A stretch of 63,807 nt of DNA, the filler included, from Octopus bimaculoides (Eukaryota): assembly GCF_001194135.2 (NCBI RefSeq). It is 4 parts of 3 records of this genome, joined end to end, with 100 filler letters (N's around TTAATTAATTAA, not from the genome) between each part and the next. Parts side by side here need not be neighbours in the genome. Positions count along the whole stretch, not along the records: positions 1 to 15,456 come from NC_068984.1; positions 15,557 to 30,542 come from NC_068984.1; 2 more parts are not named here. One strand, given 5' to 3'. This document shows positions 11,920 to 24,262 of the stretch, piece after piece. Position numbers and translations under genes: made by a program. Every line of letters begins with the position of its first letter. Positions within the stretch are counted from its first letter, which is position 1. Under the pieces are notes generated by a model. It made no database searches. It was not told where the DNA came from and saw only the letters and a program-made list of their open reading frames with translations.

Positions 11920-12995
11920 GGTGCTACTTTAGTGTGCGGTCTACCGCAGTATCCTGTCTACGCTGTGAGATTACTTTTAGCGTGCGGTCTACCTTTTCTT
12001 ACCCTTTTACACTTTAGCGTGCGATCTACCTCCGCTATAAGAACTTTATACTACAGGATGATAGAAACAAATTGCATAATGTTGAATAATGATTTATTAA
12101 TAGCTTACACTTAAATCTTAATTAACGATACACACTTCGTACATCGTTTAAGAATGCCACAAGCAAATCTGCTGCATCTTTTCTCAAAACTTTCCAGTAA
12201 AAGTGATCAAGGTGTGACTAGAAAAGCTCACTAATAACGCCTTTCATTTTCTTTAGAATAGTTGTTTTGAAATCCAACCACGAACTCTTAATAGCATGAG
12301 TATGCGCTCCTGTCACTGGATCCACATAATGTTCTTGATGATTCACTGTAAAATAGCGATAACCATTGGCATTTAGTGTGCGGTCTGCCGTAGTATCTTG
12401 TCTACGCTGTAACAGGAAAGTCTTCCAGTATGGTAAATGACTGGTATAATATGTGCAGAGAGGTGTGTGGAACCATCGTTTCTCATCATTAACGGGGTAA
12501 CATGGTTGGGTAATATGCATGCCATTCATCTGAGTGAATTACTGAATCTTTTTTTACAGTCCCGCTCAATGATTGGTGATGGAGTGTTCTTCTCACGCCG
12601 TTGCACATAGAAGTATCGACTGTCAGAGCCTTGTTTCATACCAAAGACCGAAGGACCATCAATTCTACGTCCATGGTTCCAGTTATTTTGTACATCTACG
12701 CAATTTTTTTGAGTAAGAGGAGCATTGTCACCATTTAGCAGTCTCCTACAATTGTATTTCCGTCGACCAGCGAATTTTGCCTCGTCAATTTCAATAGGGT
12801 TGTTGTTTGTTCCAGCCATCCAACCATCTTACCCTGTTGATGATGAGAAACGATGATTCCACACACCTCTCTGCACATATTATACCAGTCATTTACCGTA
12901 CTGGAAGACTTTCCTGTTACAGCGTGAACATGATACTGCGGCAGACCGCACACTTAAGTAGGATACTGTGGTAGACCGCACGCTAAAGTAGCACC
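11920..12995 (-). mobile_element. Merlin (IS1595/ISXO2-like) DNA transposon, rearranged relic
   Basis: 36 bp TIRs GGTGCTACTTTAG(T/C)GTGCGGTCTACC(G/A)CAGTATCCT, degenerate TSD AAGCATTG/AAGCATGT. Transposase motifs IEIDEAKFAGRRKYN and FTVNHQEHYVDPVTGAHTHAIKSSW across three frames. Confidence 0.85.
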
Positions 12996-14354
12996 AAGCA
13001 TGTGTTCCTGTCTCTTATGTGAAGCCCATCGCTTTTGTTAGTAATTAATTACAATTACGTTCGCTTCTGGCACACTACATTACGCTATTGGCAAACTATT
13101 ATGTAACTATGTAAATACTGCAATTTACTTCGATGAAAATGTTATTTCAACAATGTTTGTTGTTGGTTTATTATGGGATAACACGTAGCTAAACTTAACA
13201 CCAACCAACAAACACTCATACGACAAGCAAAACAGCTTTAATTAGGAATTGGAACCGTGATGCAGACGCACCTTCCGCGATACAGTATAATTATTTATTA
13301 CATAGGCGTCAGAGTAGTGGTTCTCAAACTGACGGATACCACTTGCCACCCTAAATATCATTGAAAGTTTTTTAACACCACCATCTCCATTAATGAGACA
13401 ACAAAACAAAGCTTGCACCCATATAATTGTTCTTTCTTTGTCATGGTGTTGGGAAAATTTAAAAAGTTTTAAGCCATCTAATTTTATTAAACATGGCATT
13501 TTGTCCGTTTTTTTTTTTTTCAGTTCTTACAAGTTTTTCCCAGAGAGAAACATTGTGCTGAGACATTAAATAACTGTGGTTTGTTTTCAGGATACCGGAA
13601 GTATCATCATGGCGAGGTTTGAGAGAGACATAAGTTCGTATTGTAATTACATTTAGCTTAGTGTTTTACTATCTCGAGTCACTCTACTGTCCTTCATATG
13701 AATGTATTTTATGTTCAAGATTTCTGATGAGTAAAAGAAAAATGTCTGATTTGATGACACCTTTTCAAATGGCATTAAAACCATGAATAAAACGAAGTCT
13801 TCTATTGGAAATCGGAATTGCGATATCCAAAGGTCTTTTTAGGTTATAATACTTACAACGGTTCTTGTAAACAGATACCAGTAATGGTTTGGCTACAAAA
13901 ATACTTAATAACTGTGTAAAAGATAGTAAAATATGCATCGTATAATTGTCATATATATCTGTTTTGAAGATAATATCTCCAAGTTTAATTGTATAGTGTA
14001 AAGATGGTGAGTATTCGACATTAATCAGTGTGATAAGGAATTCAAAATTAATTAGCTTGTTTGTTTAGAATGTCACATGAGAGGATACGTTTATAAATTA
14101 ACTTCTTTGTGACTGGCACAAAGAAGTCTTTTGTGATTATAAACTTACTAAGAATAATTGCAAAGACACACTTACACCCTTCCATCAAACGAGCAAACAA
14201 GGGCATGAGAAAGCAAATGAATAAGACGAGGCGGATAAAGCAACAAAAGTGTCACTAAACGTTGTTAATTTAGCTGCGCTCAGAACTGAGAAGAAATTTA
14301 GCGGCTTAAACATATATATATATTGAAAAAACTGAGAGTCATATAAATGACCAA

Positions 14355-14464
14355 ATGCATATCTCTTTTGTGAACATCGTCCTTAGCTTTTCTGCAATCA
14401 TTTTGATCATAATGGTATCAGAAGGAACAGAAGTAAGGAAGAAACGTGAAATTTCCAACCAACT
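14355..14464 (+). CDS. Candidate host coding exon: signal-peptide-like segment plus RKKR cleavage site
   Basis: MHISFVNIVLSFSAIILIIMVSEGTEVRKKREISNQ followed by donor CT|GTGAGT, in a repeat-poor stretch; no homologue recognised. Confidence 0.35.
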
Positions 14465-15199
14465 GTGAGTTTATTTTGTTATTATTTCATTTATTTATTA
14501 AGAATTAACAGTTAGCAGTGAATATTGTACGAGAATATTTTACTCCAAATGATTATTTAGTACTAAATCTATTAATAACCACTGGAAAAGGCGGTGGAGA
14601 GACAGAAGAGAATGCCGTCGCGTTAAATAACTTGCAGGTGTTTAGTTTCCTTCGTATACGCTCTTAGTTCAAATCTTTCTTTCTGGTTTCGACTTTACCT
14701 TCCATTCCTTTGAGATCGATAAAAGAAATATATCAGATGTGCACTGAATCGACTTTAGAAGTATAACACTTCCATATAAATGTGTTAATCCATATATTAC
14801 TTCTTTCCTTAGTGTTATTGTCGAGTGGACATGATATAGATAGTTTGCTGAAGAGTCTTTACTCGTTATCTCATCACTAGTTTGTTTTACGCTAGAATTA
14901 ACTCTTTGATACAGAAGCAAAAGAAGGTCTCGGTGATAGGATATCGTGTGAAGAAATGAAGGGCAGTTTAGTGACTTTAGTTGTGCCAAGATAAACTCTC
15001 GCGAACAAAAATCACTTACTTAAAACAAAAATATTTGGAAGAATATTTTTTTCTCTTTCCATAAAAAAAAAATGTTCTCACGAACATTTTATTTCATACT
15101 CATTAAATAGTTTTGAGTACACCTACACAAGTGTGCCATTTTTTATAGCTTCTTTCTTCCGGCCATTTCAACATGTTAAAGCGTTAATCCCTACACATT

Positions 15200-15375
15200 A
15201 TTTTTTCTCTCCGTTTTCTTTTCCTCTAAATGCGTTCCGCCGAAGAGCAGAGGCTCAAAGCGTCAAAGACTTTTCCATTCTTCCTGCGCATTAAACTAAT
15301 ACACCTGCTTGTTCCTTCACCTGTCTCAATCTTTTGTTTTCTGCAAATTTGAACTATATATATATATATATATAT
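15200..15375 (+). repeat. Dispersed repeat family G (PLE-terminus-like, ends in (TA)n)
   Basis: GAAGAGC...CGTCAAAGAC...TCTTTTGTTTTCTGCAAATTTGAACTA shared with 56570-56735 and, inverted, with 36760-36900. Confidence 0.55.
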
Positions 15376-15722
15376 ATATAAACCAAAACTGTCCGACGAA
15401 CGGGAAGGTGAACCAGTTTTTTGTGATGTCTTTGCAACTTACTTAATAAAGTATATNNNNNNNNNNNNNNNNNNNNNNNNNNNNNNNNNNNNNNNNNNNN
15501 TTAATTAATTAANNNNNNNNNNNNNNNNNNNNNNNNNNNNNNNNNNNNNNNNNNNNAATGAGGTGGGTGGGAGGTCGTGAGGGAGGGGGAGGTCGTGAAG
15601 GAGCGGGGAGGTCGTGAGAGAGGGCGTGGGTGTGAGCTCGAGAGAATATATGTCAGAAGAAGTAGTTTTAAGTAAGCATGTGCTTGTGTGTTGAGACGAC
15701 GCGGCGAGCGCGCGCTGGTGTG

Positions 15723-15761
<39 letters not shown>

Positions 15762-16160
15762 GTGTGTGTGTGTGTGTGTGCATGTGTGTATGCATGTGTA
15801 TGTATATATGTATTTGTATATGTATGTGTATATTTATGTTTATATGTATGTATATATGTATATGTATGTGTATATGTATGTGTATATGTGTGTGTGTATG
15901 TGTGTGTATGTGTATGTGAGAAAGAAAGAGAATGAGACGGAAAAATATGAGTGCATTAGTGTACGAGACAGCGAGACAGAGAAAGTGTGTGTGTGTGTGT
16001 GTGTGACTATTTGTAGGATAATCTTCTCATGTTTTTATTGGATTCCCCACCCCGACCCCCACTGGTTTAATCAGAGGAAACAGAATGAACCTCCGACTGT
16101 TTCGGAATCTTCCGTATTTCTATTGACCATTTCTACTTCATCTTTTTTATAAACTGCATA

Positions 16161-16228
<68 letters not shown>

Positions 16229-16727
16229 ACAAACACACACACACACACACAAACATGTATACAAAAATAAAATACCTGGAGAACTTGNNNNNNNNNNNNN
16301 NNNNNNNNNNNNNNNNNNNNNNNNNNNNNNNNNNNNNNNNNNNNNNNNACACACACACACACACACACAAACATGTATACAAAAATAAAATACCTGGAGA
16401 ACTTGTAGACTCAGAAAGTAAGTGTTTACTTTTACATGTTAACGTTTTACATGTTACATGTTTTACAGGTCTTTTTACAAAAGAGGTTAATGGTACTGTA
16501 AGAGAATGGTAAATAAATGAAATTAATCACTGAAGATATCAGTTCTGGAAGATCACTTTCCTTTTATTATATAATTCACATTGCGCTTTTAGTCGTCCGG
16601 TGCGAACCAAAGCTGATTAATGTTCTAAGAATTTTTTTTTTTTCATATCCAAAAACGATAGAATCATCTTTAGAGGGAATAGTTTGAATAATGATCCGTG
16701 GGTTACTAATCCTATTGAAGCTAGAAT

Positions 16728-17148
16728 AACCCTTTCCTTTTATAGGGACACAAGGCTGGAAATTTTGGAGGAGGGGGTAAGTTGATTACGTCGACCCTGG
16801 CGCTCAACTGGTATTTATTTCATCGACCACGAAAGGTAAAGTTGGCCTCGGTGGCATTTGAACTCAGAACGTAAAGACGTACTAAATGCCGCTCAGCCTT
16901 TTGCTCGCCGCCTTGACACCACTAACAATCCTTTCCACTGAAGGCACAAGGCCTTGAAATTTTTAGCGGGAGAGGACTTGTCGATTACATCAACCCCCAG
17001 TGTTTCACTGGTACTTAGTTTATCGACCCCGAAAGGGTGAAAGGCAAAGTCGACCTCGGCGAAATTTGAACTCAGAACATAAAGACAGACGAAACGCCGT
17101 TGAGCATTTTGTCCGGCGTGCTAACGTTTCTGCCAGTTCGCCGCCTTG
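16728..17148 (-). mobile_element. Two tandem family C SINEs
   Basis: Two successive copies of ATCGACCCC...ACTGGTA...AAAGTCGACCTCGGC...TTTGAACTCAGAAC...TCGCCGCCTT. Confidence 0.8.
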
Positions 17149-17708
17149 AAAACAACTCATAACAAACTTAAAGCTTGTAGTTGTAAGAATAAAAAAGTTT
17201 GTTCGTTAAATCGAAATTGCTCAGAATTATAGTAAATAAATGTAGGACAATTACGAATGCTTACTCTAAGGAATACGTTCGTCCAAAGGCCAACTTTTTT
17301 TTTTAAATGCTTTTATGAACATGTCCATTCCCTTACAAATTCAAAGATGCACTCAACTTCTTTAGTTGAATCATAGTTACATGTCAAAAACTTAGACATT
17401 GAGGATAGTTTGGTGTGGATCATTGCAAGATTAGCAACACCATTCAGGGAGTGCATTTCGATTATACTGTCGGCAGGTAATAAAAATTGTAGTCTTTAAG
17501 TCCCCACCTCTGAATAAATGACACAAAGTATTTATAACTGCAATCACAAGATTATTCGTACTATTAAATGCTATAAGAAAAATAAAGGATTTATATTCAC
17601 CGAAAATTCACATGCCAGACAATGTCCATTTCTGTTGTCGCTAATTTTATACCTCTATATCCTTAAAAAATGTATATTTTTCATAAATTTATAACACACT
17701 CGTCCATC

Positions 17709-17746
<38 letters not shown>

Positions 17747-17999
17747 CTCTGCCCCCTCTCTATTCAATGTAAAGCGTGACTAGAGATAATAACCAACCAA
17801 CATTTATATTGGTTATTATTAAACTTTTCCATTCTCATCCTGTAGCGTTCTTTTACTCATTTCCTGCCACCAAGCATTACTTCACACCGTCCCGCATCTC
17901 TTATGCTAATCTTCCATGTATGTCTCTTTTACTCTTGCTGCTCCTCTCTTTAAGCTATGTAAAGCGTGACTGGAGAAATCAACCAACGTTTATATAATT

Positions 18000-20100
18000 A
18001 AAAGGCATGAAGATTCATCCGAAACAAAATTGGATGCGCTTCTCAAACCGGCAGCGCAGGGGCAGTTATTTGAGCATACAGGCAAGATGCTGGAATACCA
18101 TGGCCAAGACAAAATCTGCAGTGCCGAGGATATCCAAGCAGATTATTCCTCTGATGAGATGCAAACCAGAATATCCCAGAATCAAATATCCTGCTGCGAG
18201 CAATGCGGGACCCTGCAGTAAGCTCGATGAATTCGCCAAGCACAGCATAAAGAACTGGGTAAAATGCGGCAGAAGTGGTCAGAGGCCTCCGGAGATATTA
18301 CACATAAGATTTGCAAGAAACACCGCGGCATTAAAGAGAAAGCCACAAAGCCACCAGCTAAGATCTGCTGGTAAAGACGAATGGAAGATTTACGGAAAGC
18401 AAGAGCAGTTTTTCCAGGAGTCTCTTCGACCAGCCACGATAGAGAGTACTTGAGGAAGTCACGCTTGGACCCCGAGCGACACGTTCCACTAGAGCGCAAT
18501 GCAATCTGGAGTGGCCCGACCATTCTAGAGAAGAGTTTAACATGAAACCTTCAACGCTTCATGAAGTCAAACGAGTGAACAAGGAAGCGAAGTGCAAGTC
18601 TGCCCTTGACCCGAATGGCATAAGCTTCCTGCCCGAAGGCCAGCAGATGACCATACGCTAACCTAAAGTTGGTATGGAAGTACTTTCACGTGAGTAACCA
18701 GCTGATGAAAGCAGATAGTATGTATATACACAAGGAGCTGAACTGAAAGGGCGAGAACCACTTCCGCCCGATCTCATTCTTGGATATGGGAAGAAATATA
18801 TTCTTTGCAGTGGTGGAACCAAGATTAACTATCTGTTCACCAACGGGTATATCGACATATCAGTTCAGAAGGGCAGTATCCCTGGAGTACTCGGTTGCCT
18901 AGAATATGGGAATATGATTTGGGAAATCATTTCGTGGGTGAAGGAGAACAAAGCTGATTTGGATGTGATCTGACTATTTGCCAAATGCTTACAGCTCTAC
19001 ATCTCACCAGATGATAGAAATGTCTCTCCGGATGTACCATGTTCCAAGGGGCAGGGAATATGTAAAATTCTTGATGCGTGATTTACTGGATTTAAGATGT
19101 AATTCATCATCAGAGGATACATAACCAATTTGGCTGCTCTGAATATGGGAAACGCAGATTGATGCACAGTGTCACCAGTAATCTTTATTCTGGAACTGCA
19201 TAAAGGAAAGCAAAACCGGTGGAACTTGGAGGAGGATATCAAATTCCACCGCTATAGGCCTCCATGGACGACGTTACTATCCTGATATCCAAAGAGTCAC
19301 AGACTCACAATTCGCTCAATTAAATGGATGGTTTAATGACCTGGTGCAAGATGGCCTTTTAACCGAAAATGTTTTGAAGTCTATCCTTGATGAAGAGGAA
19401 GATGAGCCAAGAAACCAGTTTCTAAGTGGGTGACCACAGAATCCCCACATAATCAAAACAGTCTGTGAAAATCTGATGGCGATGGTAGGATGAAAGTCTG
19501 AAAGATACCAAACGGTTGATAGAGTTCGCTCAAACAGTGGATGAAGGACTTAGTAAGATTGCTCGCTGCCCATTGCTGGGGAAAGATAAAGTGTGGTGTC
19601 TCCAGCATATGATTATACTTATGTTGTGGCCGCTACTCATGTACGAAATTGTCATGAGCACAGTTGCGGCAATGGAGGTGAAGATCAATAAATTCAACAG
19701 GAAATGGCTAGATGTGCCTCCTGGACATGTTGCCCTATAGATGTTGCCCTATACTGCCTCCAGGCAAAACTGAAATGGTCACTTAAGTCAATTGTTGAAG
19801 GATATAAAGTAGGAAAGACGAGACTGCTGATGACGTTAGAATGCTCCGAGGACAGGGTGATCAGACAATACAGCCTACACGGATAATTAGCAGAAAGTCG
19901 AAAGTCTTAGATGCTACAGCAGATGCTAAAGAAAAGCTTGCCTTGAAGGAGAACATTTGACTTCCTCAGACAGACAAGCAAATTCCAAGACCTCAAAACT
20001 TGGTAATTCAGGAAATAAAGAAAGAGGAAGACGAAAATGAGGTACACAAAAGCCAGACAACAGTTCAAGAAGGACAGTGAACAAATCGAGACGCAGCAAG
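18000..20100 (+). mobile_element. Hero-like (R2 superfamily) non-LTR retrotransposon relic
   Basis: Broken frames give FRPISFLD, DISVQKGSIPGVLGCLEY, RCPLLGKDKVWCLQHM, LWPLLMYEI, KINKFNRKWLDVPPG, DVALYC..AKLK.SLKSIVEGYKVGK, typical of Hero-clade RTs. Confidence 0.75.
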
Positions 20101-20591
20101 GCACCTAAGGAAGATTTGGTGGTTATTTCTTGCAGGTCAAGAGACCACGTGAAGATTTCATCCGATGGGGATAGATAAATACGATTTCTGCTATATTCGG
20201 TAATGGAAGCTTCGATTGGCTAAGATCACATAATTTTAAAGGCTTGTGACTTTTTTTTATTATTTTCCAGTAAAAATGAATGCAATTTTCGTCATCAGAA
20301 TTCAAAATTATATCAGAATTACATATTTTGGAAATAATCCGGTGAAAATTTGAAAAGCTTCAAGTAGTTGGAAAGAATTTGATAAAATCTGGTTTTTTTT
20401 TTATATAGTTTTACTTCTGCATCTTTTGCCTCCATAACATTTTACTGCATTCGATGTGTATGATGTGCCATCGTCCTCGCTTGTGGATAACTTCCTCTTG
20501 TCTATCTCCGCATACATTGTAATAACCGTTACGAACCTAATGTCTCATTGTATTGGATGCGAATGCCCTTCAGACCAATAAAAGAAATACT

Positions 20592-20671
20592 ACTACTGGC
20601 GCTAACACTACGAATGTTGCTGCTACTACTACTACTACTACTACTACTGCTGCTGCTACTAGTAATGCTGT

Positions 20672-20715
<44 letters not shown>

Positions 20716-20752
20716 GTAGTAGTAGTGCTGTTACTACAACTACTACTACTAC
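20592..20752. repeat. (ACT)n/(GCT)n microsatellite
   Basis: Direct reading. Confidence 0.95.
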
Positions 20753-20979
20753 AATTTATTGCTGTTTCTCTCTCTTACGAGTATGACATGAACACGTTTC
20801 TTTTTTTTCTTCTTCTGAAATAAAAAAAGAAACAGAGCCAAAACAAAAGCGTAGAGTTCTTTCTTTGTGCGAAGAATGGACACGTGTGCTGGCGCCGTCA
20901 AAATGTTTATCGATGTTTGTGGATATAGATATATGGGGTTGCGTGAAGACATATGCCTACGTACTATACATACGTGCGT

Positions 20980-21022
<43 letters not shown>

Positions 21023-21194
21023 TGCGTGCGTCTCGGCATAGAGGCGGTATGTTTCTACCTATGTATTTCATGGTCGCACCTCCAATCAGACAATATTTAA
21101 TGTTTCTCGACACAGGTATGAACACAAGAATAGACACACGGCTGTGTTTGTGCCGACCCACATCAACCACTGCTCACTTCAGAGACGCATTGTC

Positions 21195-21226
<32 letters not shown>

Positions 21227-21390
21227 CTGCAGCCGCAACAAAAAATACAACACCGTGGCAATTGAACATGGACTGACAACAATAGCTCCAGAAAGGGCAC
21301 TCGAGGACCCAGTTTAATGTTAAGATATTATTATGCTGACATTACACACACATTTGCTACACACCTGTACGTATATGTGTGTGTAAGAGA

Positions 21391-21436
<46 letters not shown>

Positions 21437-21453
21437 NNNNNNNNNNTACATTT

Positions 21454-21533
<80 letters not shown>

Positions 21534-21825
21534 CACACACACACAATACAAAATGGATTGAACCACATTATTTTAAATCACTACAGTTGTTTCGACGCAT
21601 TGTCACCGTCGTAGATGCTGAGATGATCCGATTAGCATGTCGTGTAATCCTTATATTCCATCCAAGGTGTAAGATGCGCTCCTTCGGGTGATTGTTTAAC
21701 AACAACAACAACAACAGCAACGCCGGAGGCACGAATAACAACAGGAGCAACAACAATTGCAACAACCGCAATATCACTCACACCACCACCACTGCCAATA
21801 GCAACACTAACAACCACAAATATTC

Positions 21826-21970
21826 TTCTCTGCTTTAGGCACAAAACCCGAAATTTTGGGGGAAGGGGCAGTCGATTAGATCGACCCCAGTACGCAACTG
21901 GTATTTGATTTATCGACCACCGAAAGAATGAAAGGCAAAGTCATCCTCAGCGGAATTTGAACTCAGAACT
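21826..21970 (-). mobile_element. Family C SINE, truncated by gap
   Basis: Matches 16925-17075. Confidence 0.8.
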
Positions 21971-22569
21971 NNNNNNNNNNNNNNNNNNNNNNNNNNNNNN
22001 NNNNNNNNNNNNNNNNNNNNNNNNNNNNNNNNNNNNNNNNNNNNNNNNNNNNNNNNNNNNNNNNNNNNNNNNNNNNNNNNNNNNNNNNNNNNNNNNNNNN
22101 NNNNNNNNNNNNNNNNNNNNNNNNNNNNNNNNNNNNNNNNNNNNNNNNNNNNNNNNNNNNNNNNNNNNNNNNNNNNNNNNNNNNNNNNNNNNNNNNNNNN
22201 NNNNNNNNNNNNNNNNNNNNNNNNNNNNNNNNNNNNNNNNNNNNNNNNNNNNNNNNNNNNNNNNNNNNNNNNNNNNNNNNNNNNNNNNNNNNNNNNNNNN
22301 NNNNNNNNNNNNNNNNNNNNNNNNNNNNNNNNNNNNNNNNNNNNNNNNNNNNNNNNNNNNNNNNNNNNNNNNNNNNNNNNNNNNNNNNNNNNNNNNNNNN
22401 NNNNNNNNNNNNNNNNNNNNNNNNNNNNNNNNNNNNNNNNNNNNNNNNNNNNNNNNNNNNNCAACAACAACAACGCCCGCGTCACCACCACCACCACCAC
22501 CACCGCGATGACAACACTCGAAACAACTTTTTTTTTGTTTCGATTTTTCTCCGAGGAAATATTTTTAAA

Positions 22570-23185
22570 AGGCGCAGTCGTGGTTGTGGGGTGAGAAGCT
22601 TGATTCCCAGCCACGTGCGCGGCACCTTGGCCAAGTGTCTTCTACCATAGCCTCGAGCCGGCCAAAGCCTTGTCAGTGGATTTGGTAGACGGAAACTGAA
22701 AGAAGCCTGTCGTATATTTGTATATATACATATGCGTATGTGTATGTTCGTATGTGTGTGTGTGTGTGTGTGTGTGTGTTTACCCCATCATCGATTGACA
22801 ACCGGTGCTGATATGTTTACGTCCCGGTAACTTAGCAGTTCGGCATCTCTCTCCCTCTCTTTCTCTTCACTCTCACTCTTTCTATCACTCTTATCACTCT
22901 CTCCCGTTCTCTCTTTCTCTACCTCTCCCATTCTTTCTGCTTCTCTTCTCTCTTTCTCTCCCCTCTCTTTCCCTCTCCCTCTCTCTTTCTCTCCCTCACC
23001 TCTCCATTCCTTTCTCTCTCTCACCCTCTTTCTCTTTACACATCCTCCCTCTCTATATATCAGAATTTATATATCAGGCTTTAAAAACAGTCCTGGGGTC
23101 GATACATTCGCCTAAAAATTCATCAAGGCTGTGCCCCAGCATGGCCACAGTCTAACGACTGCAACAGGTAAGACATAAGATTAAA
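22570..23185 (+). mobile_element. Family A SINE interrupted by a CT-rich tract
   Basis: 5' part at 22570-22850, 3' part at 23075-23185. Confidence 0.75.
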
Positions 23186-23354
23186 GAAATATGATTTATT
23201 GAATAAGACTGACGATAGGTTTCAAAAGTATTTCAATATTAAGGAAATATCTGGGACCGAGCCGCTGCTGCGTCTCCCCGCTGTTGTTGTTGTTGCTATT
23301 ATCATTTATTTTGTTCCCAAGTTGACCTTCATTAAGGAGCAAACCTATAACCAA

Positions 23355-23995
23355 AGACGTTCCAGTCGTGGCCTTTCGTTTCAGTCATTTGACTGTGGCC
23401 ATGCTGGAGCACCGTCTTTAGTCGAGCAAATCGACCCCAGGACTTATTTGTTGGAAGCCTAGTACTTATTCTATCGGTATCTTTTGCCGAACCGCTAAGT
23501 TACGGGGACGGTTGTCAAGTGATGTTGGGGGGTGGACAAACAAAGACACATAAGCATACACACACACACACATATATNNNNNNNNNNNNNNNNNNNNNNN
23601 NNNNNNNNNNNNNNNNNNNNNNNNNNNNNNNNNNNNNNNNNNNNNNNNNNNNNNNNNNNNNNNNNNNNNNNNNNNNNNNNNNNNNNNNNNNNNNNNNNNN
23701 NNNNNNNNNNNNNNNNNNNNNNNNNNNNNNNNNNNNNNNNNNNNNNNNNNNNNNNNNNNNNNNNNNNNNNNNNNNNNNNNNNNNNNNNNNNNNNNNNNNN
23801 NNNNNNNNNNNNNNNNNNNNNNNNNNNNNNNNNNNNACATACATATATACGACGGGCTTCATTCAGTTTCCGTCTACCAAATCCACTCACAAGGCTTTGG
23901 TCGGCCCGAGGCTATAGTCAAAGACACTTGCCCAAGGTGCCACGCAGTGGGACTGAACCTGGAACCATGTGGTTCGTAAGCAAGCTACTTACCAC
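23355..23995 (-). mobile_element. Family A SINE (gap inside its internal microsatellite)
   Basis: Reverse complement of the family A tail and head on either side of an N run. Confidence 0.8.
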
Positions 23996-24064
23996 ATTCA
24001 CGGTGTCTTCTTTCCTGTCGTTATAATTTCAGATAATATTTTGTACTTGTTATATATATGTCAA

Positions 24065-24262
24065 GATATGGGGGGCGGCGGGAAAACACAGACACACATA
24101 TATATACGACGGGCTTCTTTCAGTTTTCGTCTACCAAATCCACTCACAAGGCTTTGGTCGACCCAAGGCTATAGAAGACAATATGCCCAAGGTGCCACGC
24201 AGTGGGACTGAACCCAGAATCATGTGGTTGATAAGCAGGCTACTTACCACACAGCCACTCGT
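24065..24262 (-). mobile_element. Family A SINE, 5' part
   Basis: Reverse complement of 1529-1720. Confidence 0.8.

Noticed and set aside
15505-16382. ORFs such as poly-CV, HT, YI, LS and poly-L/T throughout the window
   Set aside because: Translations of di- and trinucleotide microsatellites.
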